A stretch of 64,000 nucleotides of DNA from Planctomycetota bacterium (GTDB lineage Bacteria; Planctomycetota; JAJSAM01; JAJVHW01), in assembly GCA_965248445.1 (NCBI GenBank), contig CBDFJG010000003.1, forward strand, positions 1,120,001-1,184,000, written 5' to 3'. Shown here one piece after another: positions 37,899 to 46,387 of the stretch; the stretch's first letter is position 1; the number at the start of each line of letters is the position of its first letter. A program made the translations under genes and the position numbers. The notes below the pieces were generated by a model. That model was not told the origin of the DNA. It saw only the letters and a program-made list of their open reading frames with translations, and ran no database searches.

Positions 37899-38117
37899 TT
37901 GAGCCCCTCTCTCTCAGACCGCCGAAAGTGACGGTCCACCGGGGATGCTACTGAGATCGCAGCTTCGAGGGCCCGCCTCGATCTGACTGGGCTGACCTTC
38001 GGGTCCCGTTCACGCCCGGGAAGGTAGCCTCGTGTGGTCCCGGGTTTGCGCTGGTGCCTGGCTGGAGACGGCCCGCAAGTGATGCGCTCGCCTCGCCGTC
38101 CCCGGGGACGGACAACC

Positions 38118-41100
38118 ATGACGCCCAACGAAGCCACTTCCGACGCCGTTGAGACCCCCGACGCAGGCTCGGAGGCCGCGTCCGGCGAGACTGCCGCGAA
38201 GCCACGCAAGAAGCGCCGCTGGGGGCGGAGGCTCGGGCTGGCTGCGCTGATCGGGGCCGGCGGCCTGGCCGCCCTGCCGGCGCTGCTGAGCACCGGGTGG
38301 GTGAACGGCGTGATCGGCGACTGGTTGGTGGAGAACGTGGACCGCCCGGTCGAGTTCGACACTCTCGACGTGTCGTGGCAGGACGGCATCACGATCACCA
38401 ACCTGCGCGTCCACGAAGAGGACCGCGCCGGCCCGCCGATGCTCACGGCACCGCTGGTCAAGATCGACGCCAAGCTCCTTCCGCTTCTGTACCGCGAGGT
38501 CAAGGTGACGCAATTCGTCATCCACGATCCGGTCATCCGCATCTCGAAGGAGGAAGACCGCTTCAACACCGAGGGCGCTCTCAAGCGCAAGAAGAAGCGG
38601 AAGAAGAAGCGCGACAAGGACGAAGTCGACGAACCCGACGAGGCGCTGGTTCTGCCGCGCATCAACGTCCCCGTAGAGGTGCGCAACGCCACCATCGTGT
38701 TCGTCAACGAGGAGGGCCGCGAAGCGCGCCAGGGGAACATCCAGCTGAACGGGCACCTCTCCACGCGCGACGGACCGTCCACCTTCGAGTTCTCCGCGTC
38801 CGACTCACCGACGAGCAGCATCTCGGCGAAGGGCACCGTCACGCTCTTCGACGCCGATGGAATGGAACTCGACGCGTTCGACCGCGAGGTGGACGCAACC
38901 GTCACGATCGAGAACGTCAACGCCGCGACGAACCGCGACATCCTCGCGCTGTTCCTCGGCGACTCCCCCGCCGCGGGAGTCGTCAACGGGAAGCTGACGG
39001 TGCGGACCCGCGGCTCCGACGCCGACGGCTACGTCGAACTCGTCGTGACCGGCATCGCAGTCGGCGATGCGGTCGGCGTCCGGGACACGACCGCGGAAGA
39101 CCTGCGCATCAAGGGCAGCTTCCACTACGCGCGCGACATCGTCCGCGTGAACAAGTTCGTCATCACCGGCGACGGCCTGGACGCGCGCTTGTCGGTCGAG
39201 GGCGACATGCAGTCGCTCGTCGGCGGGGGCTCGTTCCATGCGGACCTGGACCGCATGCGCAACGCCATGGCTGCGATGGGAATCGAGATCTCGGGGTTGG
39301 CGGGACAGGTCACGGGCAACCTCGACTTCTCCGACGGCGGGACCCGCGGCGTCGGCAGCCTTGTCGCGACCAACGTGTTCATTCCGAGCCCCGTCGAAGG
39401 ACGGCCGCCCGTCTCGCTCGACGGTTCCCGGATCGACTTCGTCATCTCTCCCCAGGAGGGCGGAGTGATGGTCGAGAACGCCCGGCTCACGATGCCGGCG
39501 TTCTCCGCCGATGCACGCGGCGTGATCGGGATCGGCAAGGACGGCGGACTCGACGTCACGACCAAGGCGGCCGGAGATCTGGAACTTGTGCTCGGGCGGC
39601 TCCGGGACCTCGGGCTCGCACCGAAGGACCTCGCGCTCGCCGGCAAGATCAACGCCGAGATCCGCACCGTGCGCGGCACCGACGGCGGCAAGCCGAGTGT
39701 GGTGATCGAACGCTTCGACGTGACCGGTGACGACGTCTCGATCCGCATCAAGGGCACGCGCTCGCCCGACGGACAGCTCGACTTCACGGCGAGCGGCCAG
39801 GGCGACATCCAAAAGCTCCTGGGTGCCGCGGCCAGGGGTTCCGACGCGAATCTCGCAGCCGTGCACGGGCGCTTCGACTTCGCCGCCCGCGCGAGCGGGA
39901 CCGACAAGGAACTGGACGTGCTCGTCGAGCGCCTGCACCTCGACGGCGACGTGCAGGTGGACGCCTCCGCGCGTCTGGCGCCCAACGGCGCGCTCTCGGG
40001 GTCGTTCGCGGCTGACGGGCAGGTCGATCGGCTCGTGTCGCTCCTGCGTCGCATGGGGCTGCTCGAGGCGAACCTCGTAGTCGGCGGAAAGCTGCACGCG
40101 AGCGCGACCATCGCCGGCACGCGCGAGAATCCGGAGATCCCCGATCTGACCATCAACCTCTTCGACGGCCCCATCACCGCGAGTATCCGCGGCAAGCGCG
40201 GCTCGGACGGTGCAATCGAGGCGACGGTCGACGCCACGTCGGGTGTGGACGATCTGCTCGACATTGCCCGGTCGCTCGGCAAATTCGAGTCGAGCTATCG
40301 CCCGGGCGGCACCGTCGAGCTGCGGGCCGTCATCGGCGGAACGGGCGACAAGACTGTCGTGCCGACCGCGCAGTTCCGCGTGACGGGGCCGCTCTCGGTC
40401 GAAGCGACCGGCTCTCTCGACGCGGCGGGTCACGTTCAGGCCAAGGCCACGATGAACGGCCGGCTGCAGCCGTTGCTGGCCGCAATCGCCGCGCAGCGCG
40501 AGACGAGCGACGTGCCGCACATCGAGGGCACCATCGACGGCGAACTCGTGGTGGACGGTCCTCGGGACGCCCTGACCTACCGGCTTTCGCGTCTCGACGT
40601 GCGCTCGGGCGCCGTTGCGCTGACGGGCACAGCGCTGCGCCGTCCGGACGGCGCCACCGAGGGCGAGGTCACCGCGAAGGGCTCGCTGACGGATCTGCTC
40701 GAGATCGCGCACGGCCTCGGCCATGCCGAGGAGTACCACGGCAGCGGCGTGCTCGACGCGCGCGTCGGCGCAACGACGCTCGACGGCAGCGACCGTCTGC
40801 GCGTGTCGGTCGCGGCGGCCCTCCAAGACATCGGCCTCCTCCGGTCCCCCGCGGACGGCAGCGAGCCCACCCGGTATCACACGAACCAACTGAGTCTCGA
40901 CGTCGCGCCGTTCACGATGGATCCGGGAACGAAGGAGCACGACCCGATCGCGGCGACGCTCCGCCTGGGAGACGCAACCGCGGAGTTGAAGATGCTCTCG
41001 GGCCTCGCGTCGTACGGCCCGCTCGACGCCACCGTGACCGGTTCCGGCGCGCTGCAGCCGATCCTCGACCTCGCGGCCTTCGTCACCGGCGGAACGCCGA

Positions 41101-42716
41101 CACAGGTCGGCGGGACGTTCGAGTTCGACGTCCGCGCCAGCGGCACGCGCGACGCCCCGCGCTACCAGGTGCCGAGTCTCCGGCTGGAGTCCGGTGGTCT
41201 CACGGCCCGCGTCACCGCGACGCTCCCGGACGAGAAGACCGCCGACGTGGACGCAAACGTCTCGGGCGAGGTGTCCCGTGCGCTCGCGATCGCCCAGGCA
41301 TTCGGCAAGGGGACCGAGCGGCAGGCAACCGGACGCTTCGAACTCGACGTGAATGCCAAGATGCGCGACGGCCTCGCCACCGCGTCCGTCGACGCGACCG
41401 CCACGGACCTCGTGGTCACGGATCCGACGGACCCCGATTCCAAGCCGACCCGCGAGCCGCGTCTCCACATCACGGCGAACGACATCCGCTACGACAAGGC
41501 ATCGGGGCGCATCGAGCCGTTCCGTCTGGTCGCAGAGGCGCTCGGCGCTCGCGTCGAGGGCACGTTCTCGTACGCGGAGGGCGCCATCCCCACGGGCGCG
41601 ACCGACCCGGCCGAGAACGTGTCGATCGACGGCACGGTGCTCGTCACGAGGGACTTCGCGGCCAACCACCCGGAGTTCTTCGATGAGATCCAACTCGAAC
41701 GCCTGGAGGGCCCCGTGCGCTTCAGTGGCGACATCTCCCGTGGCCGCGACGGCGCGGCCACGTGGAACGGTGCGCTCGACCTCCGCGCGACGCAGCTGAC
41801 CGCACCGCACGTGCGCGCGGACTGGCTGCAGCTCACCGGGACGGTCGGGAACGGAGCCGTCGAGATCACGAGACTCGAGGGTCTCGTCAACGACGGCACC
41901 GTGACGGGCACGGCGCACCTCGGACTGCTCGGCAAGCACCCCGAGCACCGCATCGACCTCGACGCGAAGGACGTGACCGTCGACGGTGCACTTGCACCGC
42001 TGCTCGCCCGCGCGTCGCCGCTCCTCGCCACGGGCGAAGAGGGAACGGTCAGCGGCAAGACGGGCATCGTTGCGCACCTGACGGCCAACGGCCTGAAGGG
42101 CAAGCGCATCAAGAAGACGGTCAACGGTAACGGGGTCCTGCGGCTGCGCGACGTGACCGTGCGCTCGTCCGGCTGGGTCGGCAAACTGCTCGACTTCACC
42201 GGTGCGGGGAACCTGCTCCAAATCGCAAACGCCGAGGTGCCGTTCACCGTCGAGAACGGGAAGGTCACCACCGATGACATCCCGATCGACGTGGTCGGAC
42301 TGCCGATGAAACTCGGCGGCACCGCGACAACGCAGGGCGACCTGGACTACCGCCTGAAGGTCAAGCCGAGCGGCGGTTCATCCGGGCTCACGAAGTACGG
42401 CGCGCTGTTCGACAAGGATGGCTACCTGCCGCTTCGACTCGAGGGCGACATCTCCGATCCGTCGCTCAAGCTGCCGAGCATCAAGGACATCCTGGGAGGC
42501 GGCGGCGGCGACGGCGACTCCGCCACCGACAAGGTGAAGGACATCTGGGACAAGCTCCGCGGCAAGGACGAGGAGAAAGACGGCGCGGGCGAAGAGCCCG
42601 TGGGCGAAGACGGCCTCACCGACGAGCAGCGGCGCAAGCGCCGAGAGCGCCGCAAGCGGAGGAAGAAGAAGGAACAGGAAGCGGAGAACGACGGCGTCCC
42701 TCCGCCGCCTCGTTAG
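38118..42716 (+). CDS. Large AsmA-like (repeating beta-groove) envelope protein
   Basis: N-terminal TM helix then 'LPALLSTGW..DRPVEFDTLDVSW..GITITNL'; Gly/beta-rich repeats; C-terminal 'FTVENGKV...GDLDYRL...LPLRLEGDISDP'. Confidence 0.7.
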   Translation: MTPNEATSDAVETPDAGSEAASGETAAKPRKKRRWGRRLGLAALIGAGGLAALPALLSTGWVNGVIGDWLVENVDRPVEFDTLDVSWQDGITITNLRVHEEDRAGPPMLTAPLVKIDAKLLPLLYREVKVTQFVIHDPVIRISKEEDRFNTEGALKRKKKRKKKRDKDEVDEPDEALVLPRINVPVEVRNATIVFVNEEGREARQGNIQLNGHLSTRDGPSTFEFSASDSPTSSISAKGTVTLFDADGMELDAFDREVDATVTIENVNAATNRDILALFLGDSPAAGVVNGKLTVRTRGSDADGYVELVVTGIAVGDAVGVRDTTAEDLRIKGSFHYARDIVRVNKFVITGDGLDARLSVEGDMQSLVGGGSFHADLDRMRNAMAAMGIEISGLAGQVTGNLDFSDGGTRGVGSLVATNVFIPSPVEGRPPVSLDGSRIDFVISPQEGGVMVENARLTMPAFSADARGVIGIGKDGGLDVTTKAAGDLELVLGRLRDLGLAPKDLALAGKINAEIRTVRGTDGGKPSVVIERFDVTGDDVSIRIKGTRSPDGQLDFTASGQGDIQKLLGAAARGSDANLAAVHGRFDFAARASGTDKELDVLVERLHLDGDVQVDASARLAPNGALSGSFAADGQVDRLVSLLRRMGLLEANLVVGGKLHASATIAGTRENPEIPDLTINLFDGPITASIRGKRGSDGAIEATVDATSGVDDLLDIARSLGKFESSYRPGGTVELRAVIGGTGDKTVVPTAQFRVTGPLSVEATGSLDAAGHVQAKATMNGRLQPLLAAIAAQRETSDVPHIEGTIDGELVVDGPRDALTYRLSRLDVRSGAVALTGTALRRPDGATEGEVTAKGSLTDLLEIAHGLGHAEEYHGSGVLDARVGATTLDGSDRLRVSVAAALQDIGLLRSPADGSEPTRYHTNQLSLDVAPFTMDPGTKEHDPIAATLRLGDATAELKMLSGLASYGPLDATVTGSGALQPILDLAAFVTGGTPTQVGGTFEFDVRASGTRDAPRYQVPSLRLESGGLTARVTATLPDEKTADVDANVSGEVSRALAIAQAFGKGTERQATGRFELDVNAKMRDGLATASVDATATDLVVTDPTDPDSKPTREPRLHITANDIRYDKASGRIEPFRLVAEALGARVEGTFSYAEGAIPTGATDPAENVSIDGTVLVTRDFAANHPEFFDEIQLERLEGPVRFSGDISRGRDGAATWNGALDLRATQLTAPHVRADWLQLTGTVGNGAVEITRLEGLVNDGTVTGTAHLGLLGKHPEHRIDLDAKDVTVDGALAPLLARASPLLATGEEGTVSGKTGIVAHLTANGLKGKRIKKTVNGNGVLRLRDVTVRSSGWVGKLLDFTGAGNLLQIANAEVPFTVENGKVTTDDIPIDVVGLPMKLGGTATTQGDLDYRLKVKPSGGSSGLTKYGALFDKDGYLPLRLEGDISDPSLKLPSIKDILGGGGGDGDSATDKVKDIWDKLRGKDEEKDGAGEEPVGEDGLTDEQRRKRRERRKRRKKKEQEAENDGVPPPPR

Positions 42717-42730
42717 TCGCTCCCGCGCAG

Positions 42731-42752
42731 GGGCGGGGTTCTACCCCCGCCC
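42731..42752. terminator. GC-rich hairpin between convergent genes (terminator- or REP-like)
   Basis: gggcgggg-ttctac-ccccgccc. Confidence 0.5.
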
Positions 42753-42761
42753 GCGACCTGA

Positions 42762-45080
42762 CTAGCGCGGCGCCAGCAGCGACTCGCCCTCGTGCGCCTC
42801 GCGGGTCACGCCGAACAGATCCAGGATCGTCGGCGCCACGTCCAGCACCGTCGGCTGCGTGTCCGGAGCAAGCGGGAAGTTCGCGAACAGGACTCCCGGC
42901 ACGAGTGACGGATCGACCGAGCAGTGGTCGCCGCTCCAGCTCTGCGTGTTGTCGATAATCACGTCGGGATCGGTGTTCCCGAGGCAGGTCTGCCAGCTCA
43001 CGCGGTAGCCCCACTCGAACCCGACCACGAGATCCGGCGCCTCGTCGGCGCGATCCCCCTCGTACAGATCCTTGCCGAAGTACACGTCGCGCACGACCTT
43101 CGTGCCGTCCTCGTCCTTTAGCGCGAGCAGCTTGTCGCGGATGCGCACCAGCAGCGCATCCACGTCTTCCGGCGCCACGACGCCGTCCGGCTCGCGGCCG
43201 TCGAGGTTGAGGTAGATGTTGCCGAGCCCCATCGCGTAGGCGCGCGTCTTCTGCCAGTCCACGTCCTCGAAGAACTTCCCGCCGAAAAGGTCCCCCACGA
43301 CCTTGTTGCCGGCGCCGGCGCCGGGGACCGCAACCTGGAATCCCTGCGCGCGCAGGAAGTTGTTCAGGTTGACACCCCTGCGGAACGGCGCGAACCCGTG
43401 GTCGGACACGACGAGCACGCGGTTGTTCTCCAGGTGCTCGCCGACGATGCGGTCCATCTCTTGGTAGATGCGGTCGATCTCACCGGCGAACGCGGGCGAA
43501 GCGTCCGGATCGTGGACCGGGGACTTCGGGTCGATGTGCCGCCAGAAGGCGTGTTGCACGCGATCGGTCTCGCCGAACATCGCGAACACACAGGAGTACG
43601 CGTTCTTCGCGATCGTCGCGCGCAAGCGTTCCTCGCGACCGTCCATCAGCAGCCGGATGTGGGCGAGGAACGCGTGATCCGAGAGCACTCCGTCCTTGAC
43701 GGGATTCGTGAGCTCGGGCCACCCGAGCGACTCGAACGTGCCGGCATCCGCGGCGAGCGACTGGGCCAGTTCCGGAGGGCTGGAGATCCGCACGTTCGCG
43801 GGCAAAGGCCGGGCGGGGTCGAACTGCACGGGAGTCGCGAGCAGCGACGTGGTCTGCGACTCGGCGTCCCACGTGTAGAGGAACCGCACCGTCGCGGGCA
43901 GCTGCGCGCGCTCCGTCAGACTCGCCAGCGGAGTCAGGTCGAAGGTGACCGGGAGGAGAGCGCTCCATTGACCGGACCGGGCCGTCATCTCGCTGCCGTC
44001 GGGGAGCGCGAGAACGACTCCGCCGTCCCCGAGCCGCGCGCCCAGCGTGACGGTGAGCCGACCCTCGAGACGGATGAGCGCCTCTTCGGTCTCGCTGACG
44101 CGCTTGCGGGCCCTTCCCCACTCGAACGCGAGTTGGCGGCGGTACATCTCGGCGTCGGCGCGCTTGCGGATCTCATCGCGCTCCGCGGAGGTGAGCAGCG
44201 GGTCGGGCGGCCCGGCGAGCACGACGTCGAACGGCTTGTCCGAGTTCACGTAGTACGTGACGCCACCAGTTTCCGTGACGCCGGGCACCGTGAGGTCGTC
44301 GGTCCACAGCGCAAACGTGCCCCACGAGCCCTGCACGTCCGGAGTGCCGAGACCGGAGAGGCAGCAACCCTGCTCCATCCTGTCCGCCGGGAACGCCATC
44401 GGCGCCTCGAGTGCGGCACAGGCGATACCGGACCGGTCGAGCGTGGACCAGAACGGCTCGCCACCGCGCAGGTTCTTTGCCTTGATCACTTCTTGCGGCA
44501 CGAACTTCACGACCGCGAGGGCTGCGACTGCAAGCACTGCGGCCGGCAGCGTGATGAGCGCCTCCGCGCGCTTCTTGCGTCCCCACGACGAACCCATGCC
44601 GCGCAGCAGCAGGACGAGCAGGACTCCGAGCAGAGCGCCGAGGACGCCAGCGCCGAACACGAGTCCGCCTCGCGTCGCGGGTGTGAGGAACGGGGTGCGC
44701 TTCGCCTCCCCCACGCCGATCGAGATGCCCACGCCACCGCGCTTGGGATAGGTGCGCCGCAGGAAGTCGTAGATGCCGGTGCGCCCTGGATTGACGCCGG
44801 TCGTCATCGCGGCCCACGAGACGGGCGACTGCGCCGGGTTCGTCGTGGCGAGACGCCGGTACCCGCCCTCGTCGCGCAGCTTCGCGAGGTTCGGCAGCTT
44901 GCCCGCATCCATCAGGCGCTCGACCTCGCGAGCCGACGCGCCGTCGAACGCGAGGACGATCAGCGGAACGTCGGGAGGCGGCGCGTCGGCCTCAGCCGGC
45001 GGCGCGAACGCAATGAGCGCGGCGAGGAGGGCGAGCAGGCTGAAGCGGCGGAGCAATCTCACGGGATCAAGCCTACCCAT
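42762..45080 (-). CDS. Alkaline-phosphatase-superfamily (nucleotide pyrophosphatase/phosphodiesterase-type) membrane protein
   Basis: VLAFDGA, TTNPAQSPVSWAAMTTGVNPG.TGIYDF, TDRVQHAFW, VVSDHGF, WSGDH, DVAPTIL; two inserted TM helices. Confidence 0.85.
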   Translation of the reverse strand: MGRLDPVRLLRRFSLLALLAALIAFAPPAEADAPPPDVPLIVLAFDGASAREVERLMDAGKLPNLAKLRDEGGYRRLATTNPAQSPVSWAAMTTGVNPGRTGIYDFLRRTYPKRGGVGISIGVGEAKRTPFLTPATRGGLVFGAGVLGALLGVLLVLLLRGMGSSWGRKKRAEALITLPAAVLAVAALAVVKFVPQEVIKAKNLRGGEPFWSTLDRSGIACAALEAPMAFPADRMEQGCCLSGLGTPDVQGSWGTFALWTDDLTVPGVTETGGVTYYVNSDKPFDVVLAGPPDPLLTSAERDEIRKRADAEMYRRQLAFEWGRARKRVSETEEALIRLEGRLTVTLGARLGDGGVVLALPDGSEMTARSGQWSALLPVTFDLTPLASLTERAQLPATVRFLYTWDAESQTTSLLATPVQFDPARPLPANVRISSPPELAQSLAADAGTFESLGWPELTNPVKDGVLSDHAFLAHIRLLMDGREERLRATIAKNAYSCVFAMFGETDRVQHAFWRHIDPKSPVHDPDASPAFAGEIDRIYQEMDRIVGEHLENNRVLVVSDHGFAPFRRGVNLNNFLRAQGFQVAVPGAGAGNKVVGDLFGGKFFEDVDWQKTRAYAMGLGNIYLNLDGREPDGVVAPEDVDALLVRIRDKLLALKDEDGTKVVRDVYFGKDLYEGDRADEAPDLVVGFEWGYRVSWQTCLGNTDPDVIIDNTQSWSGDHCSVDPSLVPGVLFANFPLAPDTQPTVLDVAPTILDLFGVTREAHEGESLLAPR

Positions 45081-45253
45081 CGGTTCACGGACGTTCGATC
45101 ACGGAACGGTCTCGGCAGTGCCACGCAGGCCACTCGCACCTGCGAGCGAGGAGTGGCACGAGATCGCACAGCGATCGGAGTGCCTCCCCGCAGTGAGTCA
45201 CCTCCGTAGCGGTCGGAGACCGCGTAGGAGGGAAACACACTAGCCAGGAGCGG

Positions 45254-45280
45254 CATGGCGATCGCCTCGCGATCGTCATG
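45254..45280 (-). terminator. Hairpin just downstream of trxB
   Basis: catggcgatcgc-ctc-gcgatcgtcatg: 12-bp stem with one mismatch or wobble. Confidence 0.45.
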
Positions 45281-45291
45281 ACGCGACGCAG

Positions 45292-46221
45292 CTAGTCTTT
45301 CTGGGCTTCCAGCCAACGCTCGGCGTCGAGCGCCGCCATGCAGCCCGATCCGGCGGCCGTGACGGCCTGGCGATAGACGTGGTCCTGGCAGTCGCCGCAC
45401 GCGAACACGCCCTCGACGTTGGTCTTGGCGCCCTTGCCGTACGTGACGAGGTAGTCGTTCTCGTCGGTCTCGAGTTGTCCTTCGAGGAACGCCGTCGTCG
45501 GCGTGTGGCCGATCGCGACGAAGAGACCGTCGAGAGGCAGCGGCCACGACTCACCGGTCTTGCGGTTCTTGATCGTCCCGCTCTCGAGCTTCGTCTCTCC
45601 GTTGGCCTGCGTGACCTCGGTGTTCCAGATGAACTCGATCTTCGGGTTGTCCATCGCGCGCTTCTGCATGATCTTGCTCGCGCGCAGTTCGTCGCGGCGG
45701 TGGATCACGTAGACCTTCGACGCGTAGCGCGTGAGGAACGTCGCCTCCTCCATCGCGCTGTCTCCGCCGCCGACGACAGCCAACACCTTCTCCTTGAAGA
45801 ACGCGCCATCACAGGTCGCGCACGTCGAGACGCCGCGCCCCATCAGCTCGCTCTCGCCGGGGATGCCGAGAAGTCGCGGGTTCGCGCCGGTCGCCACGAT
45901 GACCGTGTCCGCGCGATACTCGATGCCCTCGACCCAGACGCCGAACGGACGGCTGCTGAAATCGACCTTCTCGACGTCCTTGCTGACGATCTCGGTCCCG
46001 AAGCGCTCGGCCTGCGCCTTCGTCTCGTCCATCAGCTCGGGGCCCATGACCCCGTCGCGGAAGCCGGGGTAGTTCTCGACGTCGGTGGTGAGCATGAGCT
46101 GCCCGCCCCGCTGGTACCCCTCGAACATGAGCGGCTTCAGGTTCGCGCGGGCGGTATAGATCGCCGCTGTGAGGCCCGCCGGGCCCGATCCGATGATGAT
46201 CACCTCGCGGTGGTCGGCCAT
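45292..46221 (-). CDS. trxB: Thioredoxin-disulfide reductase
   Basis: IIGSGPAGLTAAIY.AR, GGQL..TT.VENYPGF, GVSTCATCDG, VGGGDSAMEEA, HRRDELRAS, YRQAVTAAGSGC; GGAGG RBS. Confidence 0.96.
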   Translation of the reverse strand: MADHREVIIIGSGPAGLTAAIYTARANLKPLMFEGYQRGGQLMLTTDVENYPGFRDGVMGPELMDETKAQAERFGTEIVSKDVEKVDFSSRPFGVWVEGIEYRADTVIVATGANPRLLGIPGESELMGRGVSTCATCDGAFFKEKVLAVVGGGDSAMEEATFLTRYASKVYVIHRRDELRASKIMQKRAMDNPKIEFIWNTEVTQANGETKLESGTIKNRKTGESWPLPLDGLFVAIGHTPTTAFLEGQLETDENDYLVTYGKGAKTNVEGVFACGDCQDHVYRQAVTAAGSGCMAALDAERWLEAQKD

Positions 46222-46387
46222 TTCACGTCCTCCGTTCGTCGAAGCCGCGCAGTGTAGTCCCGAGCTGCCACCCGGCCTCGCGAAGCCGGTGCCGGGCGAG
46301 CCCGGCCCGCCCCGGTGTGGCAAGCGATCCAACCATGCGGGTCCGCATGCCATTCCCGGACCCGGCAGAGGAGGGTAGAAACGGGGG

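Noticed and set aside
38805..42221. Long antisense or alternate-frame ORFs (also 52351-55722, 31562-33580, 33985-36159 and others)
   Set aside because: Shadow ORFs expected in high-GC DNA; they are Arg/Ala/Pro-rich, lack motifs and overlap well-supported genes.
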